A stretch of 64,000 nucleotides of DNA from an uncultured delta proteobacterium (GCA_963849735.1 CAWKJE010000073.1:166859-230858); one strand, 5' to 3'. Shown: positions 20,944-31,282, counted from the first letter of the stretch. Translations and numbers: made by a program. The notes: a model not told the origin generated them from the sequence alone.

Positions 20944-22274
20944 TGGCTTGGCCGGCCATGCTACGGTGGGGAGGCTCGCGTTCGCCCGCGGTTCCTCGGT
21001 GCGCCCCCGCATCTCCTGGCGCAGCGGGCCGCGCGTCCGCGGGTAGTCTTGCTCCGGTCGCACCAGAGCGGGTCCAAGGGTGGCAGCCTTCCCCGGGGCC
21101 TGATTTGTGGTTGGTCGGCGCGATCTTGGCCCTGACCGGCTTTGGGGTGGTGATGGTGTTCTCCGCGGGGGCCGTGTTCGCGGCCAAGACCTATGGCGAC
21201 TCTACCCACTTCCTCAAGCATGAAGCGGCCTACGCGGGGGCCGGCCTGCTGGCGTTTCTCTTGGGCATGCGCCTCGACTACGCCAGCTATCGCAAGGTGA
21301 CCTACCCGCTCCTGTTCCTGAGCTTCGCGCTCCTGGCCGTGGTGCTCAAGGTCGGACCGGCCATAAACGGAGCGATTCGCTGGTTCCGGGTGGGATCGCT
21401 CTCCTTCCAGCCCTCGGAGCTGGCCAAATTTGCGCTTGTGCTCTACCTGTCCGTGCTGCTCGCGCGCAAGGCCGAGAAAGTGCGCGACTTCTCGATGGGC
21501 TTCTTGCCGCCCTTGGTGATGACCGGGTTATTCCTGGGCCTTCTCCTCAAGCAGCCCGACCTTGGCACCGCGGTCATCATAGGGGTGACCGCCCTCGGTC
21601 TCATGTTCGTCGCTGGCACCCGCACCAGCTACATCGTCATCTCCGTCCTGGTCGCCGCCCCCCTCGGCTGGAAGGTCTTCATCACCGGCGAGGCCTGGCG
21701 CATGAAGCGGATCTTGGCCTATCTTTATCCCTGGCAATACCGGCGTGACATCGGCTACCAGCTCTATGAATCGCTCATAAGCGTGGGCTCGGGTGGGGTA
21801 TGGGGCCAGGGACTCGGCCAGGGCCACCAGAAGCTCTTCTTCTTGCCCGAGGCGCATACCGACTTCATCCTCGCCGTCGTGGGCGAGGAGCTGGGCTTGG
21901 TCGGCGTCTTGGCCGTGCTGGCGGCCTTCGCTCTGCTGGTGTGGCGCGGAATGCGAGCCGCCATGCGGGCCCGCGATCCGTACGGATGCTACCTCGCCTT
22001 CGGGATTACCTGCTTGTTCGGATTGCAGGCCCTGGTCAACATGTGTGTCGTGCTCGGGCTGCTCCCCACCAAGGGTTTGCCCTTGCCCCTGGTAAGCTAC
22101 GGCGGAACGGCTTTGGTGATGAGCTTGTTCATGGCGGGGGTGCTGGCCAATATCTCCGCGCCCGCGCTCGAGCCATCCTCCTCTCGCCGGTGGCGCCGGT
22201 GGCGCACCCGGCGCGGACGCTCGAAGAATCGCCGGCACGGTAGCGACGTGCAGGTCGTGGTCGAGGTGCGCTGA
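20943..22274 (+). CDS. ftsW: SEDS peptidoglycan polymerase FtsW
   Basis: FQPSELAK, KQPDLGT, GYQ, FLPEAHTDFI, PTKGLPLPLVSYGG. Confidence 0.96.
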   Translation: MAWPAMLRWGGSRSPAVPRCAPASPGAAGRASAGSLAPVAPERVQGWQPSPGPDLWLVGAILALTGFGVVMVFSAGAVFAAKTYGDSTHFLKHEAAYAGAGLLAFLLGMRLDYASYRKVTYPLLFLSFALLAVVLKVGPAINGAIRWFRVGSLSFQPSELAKFALVLYLSVLLARKAEKVRDFSMGFLPPLVMTGLFLGLLLKQPDLGTAVIIGVTALGLMFVAGTRTSYIVISVLVAAPLGWKVFITGEAWRMKRILAYLYPWQYRRDIGYQLYESLISVGSGGVWGQGLGQGHQKLFFLPEAHTDFILAVVGEELGLVGVLAVLAAFALLVWRGMRAAMRARDPYGCYLAFGITCLFGLQALVNMCVVLGLLPTKGLPLPLVSYGGTALVMSLFMAGVLANISAPALEPSSSRRWRRWRTRRGRSKNRRHGSDVQVVVEVR

Positions 22275-22317
22275 CTAGTGCTCGAGCTGCGCCGAATCGT
22301 GGTCGAGGTGGCGTGAC

Positions 22318-23448
22318 GTGCGGCTGCTGATCGCTGGCGGGGGCACGGGAGGGCACCTCTTTCCCGGCATCGCGCTGGCCGACGAGGTCCGCCGGCGGGG
22401 CGGCGAGGTGTTGTTCGTGGGCACCCGGCGCGGCATCGAGATGCGCGCCGTGCCCGCGGCGGGTTATGCCCTCGAGACTCTGGCCGTGAGCGGCCTCAAG
22501 CGTATGGGCCTTGCCGCCACGCTGCGCGGCTTACTGCGTCTGCCGCTGGCGCTCTGGCGCTCGTTCTTCATCGTGCGCCGCTTTCGCCCCGACGTGGTGG
22601 TGGGAGTGGGCGGCTACGCTTCGGGACCGCTGGTGCTCGCCGCGGTGCTGAGCAGGGTCGCCACGGCCGTGCAGGAGCAGAACAGCGTTCCGGGCATTAC
22701 CAATCGCATGCTCGGCCGACTGGTGGGCGTGGTCTTCACCGCCTTCGACGAAGCCGCGCGCTTTTTTCCGGAGCCCAAGCTCGCACGCCTGGGTAACCCG
22801 ACCCGCCGAGCTATCGTGGCCGCCTTGGACCCACCGGCCGGCAGCGTGCTCGGCGGGGGGCAGTTGCTGGCCAGTGGCGCGCTCGGCGCGGGCCAGTTGC
22901 GTGTGTTGGTAGTGGGCGGCAGCCAAGGCGCCAGGGCCGTGAGCGAGCTCGTGGTCGGCGCGGCCGCCCTCTTGGCCCGCACCGCGCTGGACTTTGCCAT
23001 CGTTCACCAGACCGGCGCTGCCGACCTCGAGGCCATGCGAGCTCGCTACCGCGAGCTAGGGCTTGCGGCTCGCGCCGAGGTCTACCCCTTCATCGACGAC
23101 ATGGCGGACGCCTACCGGGCCGCCGATCTGGTCATCGCTCGGGCCGGCGCCCTGACCCTTGCCGAGCTGGCCATCGTGGGCAAGCCCGCCATCCTCATCC
23201 CCTTGCCCACCGCCGCCGATGATCACCAAACCCGCAATGCCGCTGCCGTCGCTAGAGCCGGGGCGGCGTTGCTGCTCGACCAGCGCCAGGCCAGCGCCGC
23301 CGACCTGGCCAGCGCCGTCGTGGCTCTGGCCCAGGATCGGGCGAAGCTGACCGCCATGGGCAAGGCCATGCGCGAGCTGGCCCGTCCGCGGGCAGCCGAG
23401 CTGATCGTGGACCGCTTGCAGACTCTCGCCGAGCGGCGCCGTCCCTGA
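22318..23448 (+). CDS. murG: MurG glycosyltransferase
   Basis: AGGGTGGHLFPG, GGYAS, EQN..PG..N, GGSQGA, DDHQTRNA. Confidence 0.97.
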   Translation: MRLLIAGGGTGGHLFPGIALADEVRRRGGEVLFVGTRRGIEMRAVPAAGYALETLAVSGLKRMGLAATLRGLLRLPLALWRSFFIVRRFRPDVVVGVGGYASGPLVLAAVLSRVATAVQEQNSVPGITNRMLGRLVGVVFTAFDEAARFFPEPKLARLGNPTRRAIVAALDPPAGSVLGGGQLLASGALGAGQLRVLVVGGSQGARAVSELVVGAAALLARTALDFAIVHQTGAADLEAMRARYRELGLAARAEVYPFIDDMADAYRAADLVIARAGALTLAELAIVGKPAILIPLPTAADDHQTRNAAAVARAGAALLLDQRQASAADLASAVVALAQDRAKLTAMGKAMRELARPRAAELIVDRLQTLAERRRP

Positions 23449-23539
23449 CACTGCTTGCGGGCTTGCGGGCGAACGGGCTTGCGCATGCCCTCGCAACCGA
23501 CGAAACTCGGGCGCAGCGACCAACCCCAGGAGAGCCCTC

Positions 23540-24040
23540 ATGCCTACTACCGCCGAAAACCTCCAGACCGCTTTCGCTGGCGAAAGCCAAGCCAACCGCA
23601 AGTACTTAGCCTACGCCCTCAAGGCCGAACGAGAGGGTTATCCCCAGATTGCGAAGCTGTTCCGGGCCGCCGCCGAGGCCGAGACCATCCACGCCCTGGG
23701 CCACCTGCAAAATCTCGGCGCCGTCGGCTCCACCCTCGACAATCTCAAGGATGCCATCGCGGGTGAAACGTACGAATACACAACCATGTATCCGCCCATG
23801 GCCGCCCAGGCCGAGAAGGAGGGCCATCGGGGCAAGAACATGCTGAAGTGGGCCCAAGCGGTCGAGAAGGTGCACGCCGACCTTTATCAGCAAGCGCTCG
23901 CGGCCTTGCAGGCGGGCAAGGACCTCGGCGCCATGGCGATCTACCTTTGCCCCGTCTGCGGTCACCTCGAGCTCGGCGCCCCGCCCGACAAGTGCCCGGT
24001 TTGCGGCCTAGCCGGCCCCAAGTTCCAGCAGGCAGCATAG
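23540..24040 (+). CDS. rbr: rubrerythrin family protein
   Basis: AFAGESQANRKY, AETIHA, GETYEY, EKVH, and a C-terminal rubredoxin CPVC…CPVC. Confidence 0.92.
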   Translation: MPTTAENLQTAFAGESQANRKYLAYALKAEREGYPQIAKLFRAAAEAETIHALGHLQNLGAVGSTLDNLKDAIAGETYEYTTMYPPMAAQAEKEGHRGKNMLKWAQAVEKVHADLYQQALAALQAGKDLGAMAIYLCPVCGHLELGAPPDKCPVCGLAGPKFQQAA

Positions 24041-24074
24041 CCGGGCAGCGCCAAATCGCCGCCTGCCCGGCCGA

Positions 24075-24968
24075 TCACCCACCCTGCCCTGCCGCAGCTG
24101 GCCCTGAGGCGTCGGCCACTTCACGCACCCGCACGGTCACGTGCATTTGCGGGTTCAGGTTGGCTTGGCCCAGGAAGCTGCCGGAGACCGGGGGAACTGT
24201 TTCGGGATGGCGCGCTACCGCGACCGCGATGTGCGAGGAGCCCGCCACAACACCGACCGTCGGATCGAAACCCTTCCACCCTGGCCCGGGCAGGTAGACC
24301 TCGGCCCATGCGTGGGTCGAGCCAACTCCTACGTCCGCGTGCGACAGGTGGTAGCCGGTCACGAAGCGGCTAGCCAGGCCGAGATGGCGGCAGCTCTCCA
24401 TGAAGAGCGCCGCGAAATCTCGGCAAGAACCGCTACCATGGGCGAGCGTCGTGCCTGGCGACTGCACACCGGGTTGTTCGCGGACCTCGTAGCGAAACCG
24501 GTCGTGGATCGCGTGGTTGAGACGATCGAGCAGCAGAAATGTCTCGATGTTCTCCGAGCCCAGCGCAATGCCGACGAGCCAGCTCATGACCTCCGAGCGA
24601 TCTCCCGGCCACGTCGGTATGGAGAAGGGCGCGAGGTCGAGGACGTCGTGTGCACCGTACGCGAACGGATGTCGGACCGCGTAGTCCTCCACCAAGAAGT
24701 CGAGCGGGGCATCTTCGTAGTGTTCGATCACCATCGCGCTGGCGATGCGCAAAAGGTTCGTGGGATCCGCGAAGGTGATAACGGCGACCGAGTTGTCGAG
24801 CACATCCCGCTGCCAGCGGATGCCGTGGGCCGGCGAGATCTCGAGGCTCGAGCTCACGAGCCGCAGATTGTGATTCTCCTTCGGCCGTAGCCGCAGCCGG
24901 TGCGGCAACAGCGTTACCACGTCGCCAAAGCGATACTCCGTGAGGTGGTCAATCTGCAGGCGTTTCAT
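24075..24968 (-). CDS. transglutaminase-like protein (Bact_transglu_N + core)
   Basis: H.T.Y…LRLRP N-terminus and the Cys-His-Asp triad GSCRDFA / THAWAEVY / GFDPT. Confidence 0.9.
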   Translation of the reverse strand: MKRLQIDHLTEYRFGDVVTLLPHRLRLRPKENHNLRLVSSSLEISPAHGIRWQRDVLDNSVAVITFADPTNLLRIASAMVIEHYEDAPLDFLVEDYAVRHPFAYGAHDVLDLAPFSIPTWPGDRSEVMSWLVGIALGSENIETFLLLDRLNHAIHDRFRYEVREQPGVQSPGTTLAHGSGSCRDFAALFMESCRHLGLASRFVTGYHLSHADVGVGSTHAWAEVYLPGPGWKGFDPTVGVVAGSSHIAVAVARHPETVPPVSGSFLGQANLNPQMHVTVRVREVADASGPAAAGQGG

Positions 24969-25129
24969 CAATTGCCTAATCGACCCTAGCAAACGGCGGA
25001 TTTGCCGACGCCACCCTTTTCGCCGCCCCTTAGGCGTGTTGTGCTCATGCGCCTACGATGACGATAGGGGGCATCAGGTTCCACAGCCGTGGTCGTTCAT
25101 TTTTCGTGGGCCGGCCCGTGATTGTAGGA

Positions 25130-28100
25130 TTATCGTCGCAAGTCCAGCGTCAGTGGAAACTGTGGATTGGGTGGCTCCGCCTTCAACACCATTGCTCCGG
25201 GAGAATGGCCGAAGGGAAAGAACCTGGTCCGGCGTCGGCTCTCGGCTTCGAGGGCGTTGCGCGGGCGCGTGTCGAACGCACGTCCACCGGGATGCGATAC
25301 GTGGTAGGTGCACCCGCCCACGGCTCGGTCGCTCCAGGTATCGAAGACGTCGAAAACTAGGGGCGCGTGCACGCCGATGGTCGGGTGCAGGGCCTCGTGG
25401 GGTTGCCAGGCCCTGAAGCGCACTCCGGCCACGAACTCGCCAGGCACACCTGTCGATGTTAGAGGCAGTTGGCGTCGGTTGCACAGCACTAGGTGTCGCC
25501 CGTCGGTCATGTTGCGCACGCGCACTTGTAAGCGTTCGAGAGAGGAATCCACGTAGCGGGCTGTGGCGCCTTGAACGCCTTGCTCGCCGAGAACGTGCCA
25601 GGGTTCGAGGGCTCGACGCAATTCGACCTCGAGCGAGCGAGCTTGCATCGAACCCACCAGGGGGAAGCGAAACTCGAAATGCGGCCGGAACCAGTCGGCT
25701 TCGAACGGAAAGCCGAAGTGGTCGAGATCCGCGACCACGTCGTCGAAGTCCTCGCGAACGAAATGCGGAAGGAGGAAACGATCGTGAAGAGCCGTTCCCC
25801 AGCGTACGAGCCGATGGCTATAGGGACGGTGCCAATGCATGGCCAACAGGGCCCGGACGAGAAGCTGCTGGGTCAGGCTCATGCGCGCGTGAGGCGGCAT
25901 TTCGAAATTGCGCAGCTCGAGAATGCCCTGCCGGCCCGACGCCGTCTCGGGGTTGTACAGCTTGTCGATGCAGAACTCGGCGCGGTGGGTATTGCCGGTC
26001 ACGTCCACGAGAAGATGGCGAAACAGCCGGTCGACCAGCCAGGGGACGCAAGTCTTGCCTGCTTCAATCTGCAGAAAGGCAATTTCGAGCTCGGCCAAGG
26101 CGTCGTGCCGGGCTTCGTCCACGCGCGGGGCCTGGCTGGTGGGACCGATGAATAGGCCGGAAAAAAGGTAGGACAACGAGGGGTGGTTGTTCCAGTACGC
26201 GAGCAGGCTGCGCAACAGATCCGGACGCCGCAAGAATGGGCTGTCGGCCGGGCTACGACCGCCCAAGGTGATGTGATTGCCTCCGCCAGTGCCACTGTGC
26301 CGGCCATCGAGGTCGAACTTTTCCGTCGAAAGCCCGACCTGCCGCGCCTCCTCGTAGAGAGCCGTGCTGACGTCGCACAGTCCCTGCCACGAAGAGGATG
26401 GCTGAACGTTGACCTCCAGCACGCCTGGGTCGGGGGTCAGCTCGAACTTGCCCAAACGTGCATCCATCAAGGGAGGATAACCTTCGAGACGTACAGGCAG
26501 GGAGAGCGCCGCGGCCGCCCCTTCTACGGCACTGGCTAGCTCGAGATACGCCTCCACGGTAGGCAGCGGCGGCAAGAAGACATGTAGTATGCCCCGCCTA
26601 GGTTCCACGCAAAGGGTCGTGCGCGCCGCGCCAGGCGACCATGTTCCCCTCGAGGGTGGTGTATCCTCTCCTTCGTTGAGCTTCTTGGGCGTGGTTTGCC
26701 CGATCACCCGCCCGGGCAAAGGTGGCCGGGCAGCCAGCGGATCGGGCTCGGGGATCTCGACTCGATCGCCTGGCGCCACCCAAGGCAAAGAATCGAGGGG
26801 CAGGCGATAGCCCATCGGTGAGTCTCCCGGAAGAAGAAAGAGATGCTCGCGCCGCAGATGCCACGGACCGCTCTTCCAGCCCAATCCGTGCTCGCAGACG
26901 ATGGGCAGAGCGTAGCCGACGACGGAACCGAGCGAGGCGCTGAAGACGCGAGCCAAACGCTCTCGTTCGAGCTCGTCGTCGAGCCGCGAATCCAGAGGAT
27001 CTACGTTCACGGGCAGTCGGCGTTCACGCCAGAGATAGTACCAAACGTCTTCGTAGCCCGGCTGTACGTGCGTCGTCCCCACCCCTAGGCGTTCGGCCAA
27101 AGCACGGATGAATGTCGCCGCCTCGGCCGCCCCGTGCCCGGGGCGCGCCACCTCTTCTGCCACGAGAAGGCCGACATTCTCCCAAATCGGGACGCCATCA
27201 TGTCGAAAATAGCAAGCGATGGACCAGCGCGGGAGCGGTTCTCCCGGATACCACTTGCCTTGTCCGTGGTGAACCACGCCGCCAGGCGCGAAGCGATGGC
27301 GCAGCCGACGTACCAGAGCGTCGGCCATGCGAAACTTCGATTCTCCGAGAGCGGCCGTATTCCATTCCGGAGCATCGGGATCCTTGGCAGACACGAAGGT
27401 TGGCTCGCCACCCATCGTGAGCCGAACGTCTCCCGACTCCAGCGTGCGGTCGATCGTCTCCCCCACGCTTGCTATGCGAGCCCAGGCCTCGTCGGTGTAG
27501 GGCTTGGTGCTGCGTGGTGCCTCGGCCACGCGGGTGACCGACATGCTAAACGAAAACGACTCGTCGAGCCTATCGTCGTCGCTACGCTTGTCCCACGCGA
27601 ACGAGCCCGCGATCGGAGCAGCGGAGCCGGGATCGGGGGTACACGCGAGCGGGATATGGCCTTCACCCGCCAAAAGGCCACTCGTAGCGTCGAGACCGAC
27701 CCAACCGGCCCCGGGCAGGAACACCTCGGTCCAGGCGTGCAAATCGGCCACGTCCTCGGATACGCCCGCCGGCCCCTCGACCGGCTTTTCATCCGGTTTG
27801 AGCTGAATGGAATAGCCCGAGGCGAAGCGAGCGGCGAACCCCAGGCGTCGCAGGACCTGACAGGAAAGCCAGGCGAAGTCGCGGCACGAGCCGTGGCCAA
27901 GGGTCAAGGTCTGCTCGGGCGCGAACACGCCGGGTTCCATCCGAATGTCGTAGCGCAGTAGGCGCTGGATGTGCCGGTTGATGTCCACTAGGACGTCCAT
28001 GGTACGGCGGCCATCCCGCGCGAAGCAGGTGCGGCAGGTCTCGACAAGGCCCGCCAAGAGCGATTCTAGCGGCAAGACCTCGAAGTACGGGTGAAGGTCG

Positions 28101-28429
28101 CGGCGCAATCCCGCCTCGTAACGAAGGGGCAGCTTCTCGGCGTCGCTATCCAGGAAGAAATCAAAGGGGTTGATGGCAACCAGATCCGCCAGCAAGTCAA
28201 CTTCCACCTCCAAGGAAGCCGCCGGCTCGGGAAAAACCAACCGCGCCTGGAAATTTCCGAAAGGGTCTTGTTGCCAGTTGAGAAAGTGGCGTTCTGGATC
28301 GACGCGCAGGGAATAACCTTCGATCGCTGTGCGGGTGTGCGGCGCCGGGCGCAAGCGCACCACGTGCGGGGAGATGGAAACCGGCCGATCGTAGGCGTAG
28401 CGCGTGGAGTGGCGCAGTGAAACTCGCAT
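25130..28429 (-). CDS. transglutaminase domain fused to DUF2126 (putative COOH-NH2 amidoligase)
   Basis: Triad GSCRDFA / DLHAWTEV / GLDAT, then LTMGGEPTFVS, TPDPGVLEVN, TGGGNHIT and GNTHRAEFCIDKLY, typical of DUF2126. Confidence 0.9.
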   Translation of the reverse strand: MRVSLRHSTRYAYDRPVSISPHVVRLRPAPHTRTAIEGYSLRVDPERHFLNWQQDPFGNFQARLVFPEPAASLEVEVDLLADLVAINPFDFFLDSDAEKLPLRYEAGLRRDLHPYFEVLPLESLLAGLVETCRTCFARDGRRTMDVLVDINRHIQRLLRYDIRMEPGVFAPEQTLTLGHGSCRDFAWLSCQVLRRLGFAARFASGYSIQLKPDEKPVEGPAGVSEDVADLHAWTEVFLPGAGWVGLDATSGLLAGEGHIPLACTPDPGSAAPIAGSFAWDKRSDDDRLDESFSFSMSVTRVAEAPRSTKPYTDEAWARIASVGETIDRTLESGDVRLTMGGEPTFVSAKDPDAPEWNTAALGESKFRMADALVRRLRHRFAPGGVVHHGQGKWYPGEPLPRWSIACYFRHDGVPIWENVGLLVAEEVARPGHGAAEAATFIRALAERLGVGTTHVQPGYEDVWYYLWRERRLPVNVDPLDSRLDDELERERLARVFSASLGSVVGYALPIVCEHGLGWKSGPWHLRREHLFLLPGDSPMGYRLPLDSLPWVAPGDRVEIPEPDPLAARPPLPGRVIGQTTPKKLNEGEDTPPSRGTWSPGAARTTLCVEPRRGILHVFLPPLPTVEAYLELASAVEGAAAALSLPVRLEGYPPLMDARLGKFELTPDPGVLEVNVQPSSSWQGLCDVSTALYEEARQVGLSTEKFDLDGRHSGTGGGNHITLGGRSPADSPFLRRPDLLRSLLAYWNNHPSLSYLFSGLFIGPTSQAPRVDEARHDALAELEIAFLQIEAGKTCVPWLVDRLFRHLLVDVTGNTHRAEFCIDKLYNPETASGRQGILELRNFEMPPHARMSLTQQLLVRALLAMHWHRPYSHRLVRWGTALHDRFLLPHFVREDFDDVVADLDHFGFPFEADWFRPHFEFRFPLVGSMQARSLEVELRRALEPWHVLGEQGVQGATARYVDSSLERLQVRVRNMTDGRHLVLCNRRQLPLTSTGVPGEFVAGVRFRAWQPHEALHPTIGVHAPLVFDVFDTWSDRAVGGCTYHVSHPGGRAFDTRPRNALEAESRRRTRFFPFGHSPGAMVLKAEPPNPQFPLTLDLRR

Positions 28430-28613
28430 GTCTGATCATTTTCAAACGGTCATCATGAAGTCTTCGGACTATAGCAGCGCACCGCCCGCAAGCCCGCGCC
28501 ACCCGGAAGTGTTCACGTGTTGGAAACGGGCAGGTGACGGGGCGTTTGCCTTCGCACCTCGGATCGAGGTCGACCTTCTCGCTGCAGCCACGAAGAAGTC
28601 GAGCTTTAGTCGA

Positions 28614-30593
28614 TCAGAAATAGCCGTGCAGCTCGGCGCGCGCCTCGGTGTAGTGGCCTATCGCCTCGACCACAACGCGCAACTCGATCCAGGTCCGGAG
28701 GCTCACGGCCTGGCCGAGGTCGATCACGGGCGCGCGCCGGCGGTCGCCGAGAAGGTAATAGTCGTAGCGCGCATCGGCGCTTAGCTGGTACACCTGTGCC
28801 AAGCGCAGGACGGCGCCCGCGAAGCCGCCCAGGCCGATGCGGTAGCGTTCCTCGAAGGGAGCGCCCGCCGCCAGGTCGGCCTCGGTCAGAACGTAGAGCA
28901 AGAGCGGGTGACCGGCGCGCAAGGCGACGCCGCCGCCGGTCTCCAGGTCGCCGTAGCTGCAGGGCAGGCCGAAGCAGCCCAGGTTGTGGGCCTGGGCGCC
29001 AAAGACGCGCACCGTCCATGCGGTCTTGGGAATCCAGCGGTCGAAGCCGGAAACCGACAAGATATTGAGCAGGTCGAGGCGCTCGGGAAAGACCTGGTGG
29101 GAGGCGTTGTAGAAGCGCAGACGAAGGTCCAGCATCTCTAGCTCGGCGTCGTCGAGGTAGCCCCGCGGAGGGTCGAGGAAATCGTGCAGGGCCAGGCGCA
29201 GGGAAAGCTCCTCGAAGGAAAGTCGCTGCGAGCCGACAACACCGCCACCCGCGCCCAGGCGCATGGCAGGGTGCCCGGTCTCCGGGGCGTCGCTCGCCGG
29301 ACGCACGTCGTCCAGCAACGGATCCACGCCGGTGCGCCCGCGCATGACCAGTAGCTCACGTTCCTTGCGCAGGAACTCGGCCGAGGGGTCCTTCTTGAGC
29401 CCCTCGTGGAAGCGCAGGAGGTCGTAAGCGGCGTCGATAGTGCGCGCCTGGCGTTGCCTGGGCCAGTCGGCAATGTCCGCCTGCGCGTCGCGGCCGCGCT
29501 CGGCCAGCGCCTCAGCAGCCCGCACCTCGTCGCGGCTCAAGGCGGCCTTGTGAGTCAGAATCTTAACGCGCAGCGATGGCCGCGCCGTGCGGCCCTCGAC
29601 CAAGCCGGGCACCGAGAGGATCGCGCGCACGGTCTCGGTGGGGATGACCGGGCCGTGAAAGCGCTCGCTGAGGTGCAGGCTCGGCCGCGCGGCCTCGAGC
29701 AATTCGAGGAGAAAGAAGGAACAGTTCTCGGTGATGAAGTAGTAGTTGAAGTGGGTACTGCGAGTTTCCCAGGTGTGCTCGACGAGACGCTCGGCCTCGG
29801 CCTCGGTCAGAGCGAGCTGATACTCCCAGAGGTCGCGGCTCTCGATGTTCGAGTACTCCTGGATCTTCACGTAATAGGGCATCACGTAGAAGTGTCCCGG
29901 AAAGCTGCCCGTGAGGCCGAAGATGGCGTAGAGAACGCCGTTGTTGGTGGTGGCATCAGCGGCGAAGTTCACGATGTAGTCAATCAGCCGTTGGCCCGCC
30001 CCGGTTCCGCGCGTTAGGCGCAAGAAGGTGTGGCCGTACATCGAGGCCGGGCTGTTGATGTACGCCGCCGAGTAAACGAGAGCGACCTTTTCCGGAGCGA
30101 TGGCTTGGCGCCACATCGCGAACATCGGACAGGCTTGCTCGGCCATGCGCTGGGTATCTATGGCCAGCTCCTGCTTCAGCCACGACCAGCGCGCGGGGAA
30201 CCTGCACTGCGGGTGTTGGCCGGCCTCGCTGCTGTCCCCGGCCGGCGCAGCTGGAGCGGCGAAGGCGGCCAGGGTCGCCGCCAGCTCGGCTTCTGGATCG
30301 GACGCACCTCGGTCGCCGGCGAAAAAAAAGCCGGGGCCATCCGCGCTGCTCCTCCAGCCGCCCAAGAGCGTCGGGTGGTAGTGCAGGAGAACCTGCCAGG
30401 TTCGCGTGTGCGCGAGCCCGCGCGCCCGCGCTTGCGCCTGTAGCTCGCTCAAGTAGGAGGGCGCGGCGCTGGCCGGCGTAGCGAGGAGGCCGAGCAGCAC
30501 GACCGCCGCCCAACAACAACAACAAAAAACGTCCCGGAGCTCCGCGAGGAATCCCCGAGACGTTCGACAGTTTACGTTGCTCGATCCTGCCAA
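28614..30593 (-). CDS. DUF4105 (Lnb N-terminal-like) exported protein with C-terminal beta-rich region
   Basis: W..LLHY, CRFPARW.WL, SPASMYGHTFLRL, ESRDLWEY, YYFITENCS. Start codon uncertain. Confidence 0.8.
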   Translation of the reverse strand: MAGSSNVNCRTSRGFLAELRDVFCCCCWAAVVLLGLLATPASAAPSYLSELQAQARARGLAHTRTWQVLLHYHPTLLGGWRSSADGPGFFFAGDRGASDPEAELAATLAAFAAPAAPAGDSSEAGQHPQCRFPARWSWLKQELAIDTQRMAEQACPMFAMWRQAIAPEKVALVYSAAYINSPASMYGHTFLRLTRGTGAGQRLIDYIVNFAADATTNNGVLYAIFGLTGSFPGHFYVMPYYVKIQEYSNIESRDLWEYQLALTEAEAERLVEHTWETRSTHFNYYFITENCSFFLLELLEAARPSLHLSERFHGPVIPTETVRAILSVPGLVEGRTARPSLRVKILTHKAALSRDEVRAAEALAERGRDAQADIADWPRQRQARTIDAAYDLLRFHEGLKKDPSAEFLRKERELLVMRGRTGVDPLLDDVRPASDAPETGHPAMRLGAGGGVVGSQRLSFEELSLRLALHDFLDPPRGYLDDAELEMLDLRLRFYNASHQVFPERLDLLNILSVSGFDRWIPKTAWTVRVFGAQAHNLGCFGLPCSYGDLETGGGVALRAGHPLLLYVLTEADLAAGAPFEERYRIGLGGFAGAVLRLAQVYQLSADARYDYYLLGDRRRAPVIDLGQAVSLRTWIELRVVVEAIGHYTEARAELHGYF

Positions 30594-31133
30594 CTAGCGC
30601 TTGGCCAAGGTCACGGTCCTGCCCTCGGCCCGCGCGATAGCGCGCTCATCGGTGCAGCTGGCAGCCAAGACGGAAGAGGCGCGGATCTGCCCCTTCAGCG
30701 CCACCAGCATCTGGATGGGCGTGGTCGAGGTACTGGGCACTATCGACTCGAACTGCTCCTGCGCCATCTTGGCAAGGGCATGCTTGGCGGAGTCCTCGCA
30801 ACCGAGCAGGCTCGCGAACGAGGACAGGAACTCGCCCCCGCCAGCGGCCATGTTGGCTTTCAGATCCTGAAAATTGACCTCGGCGAACGCGGCCTGCTCG
30901 CGCTCGGCCTTCAGGACGCCCCCTGATGTACAGTTGGAGGTTCCCGAGGTGATGCCGAAGGTCTGGGTGCCGAACGTGCCATTGGTGGTGGCGGCCAGGA
31001 TCTGCTTGCCCATACCGTTGTCGTTGCCGAACACCAACGAGCCCAGACCGCAACCAGCCATGCCATACTGGGCGTGCGCCGAGCCCGCGACGAGCATTAC
31101 GAGCACTCCTACTGCTAATGCGAATCTTTTCAT
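30594..31133 (-). CDS. DUF3015 family exported protein
   Basis: Signal peptide, then YGMAGCGLGS, AATTNGTFGTQTFGITSGTSNC and MAAGGGE.L. Confidence 0.85.
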   Translation of the reverse strand: MKRFALAVGVLVMLVAGSAHAQYGMAGCGLGSLVFGNDNGMGKQILAATTNGTFGTQTFGITSGTSNCTSGGVLKAEREQAAFAEVNFQDLKANMAAGGGEFLSSFASLLGCEDSAKHALAKMAQEQFESIVPSTSTTPIQMLVALKGQIRASSVLAASCTDERAIARAEGRTVTLAKR

Positions 31134-31282
31134 CGATTCGTTCCTCCATATCTCAGTTTCGCACACGCCGGCCAACTCACTTCGAGCCGACTTAAGCATG
31201 CACCGTGATTAGTCTAGGGGAGCGCGTCGCAGGTGCAACCGACACTTCTTGGTCGCTTTGGCCGCGTGGCGGCACGCCCGGC

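Noticed and set aside
22256..22311. 14-bp direct repeat TCGTGGTCGAGGTG at the ftsW end and murG leader
   Set aside because: Probably a small local duplication supplying the murG RBS; no evidence that it is an insertion scar
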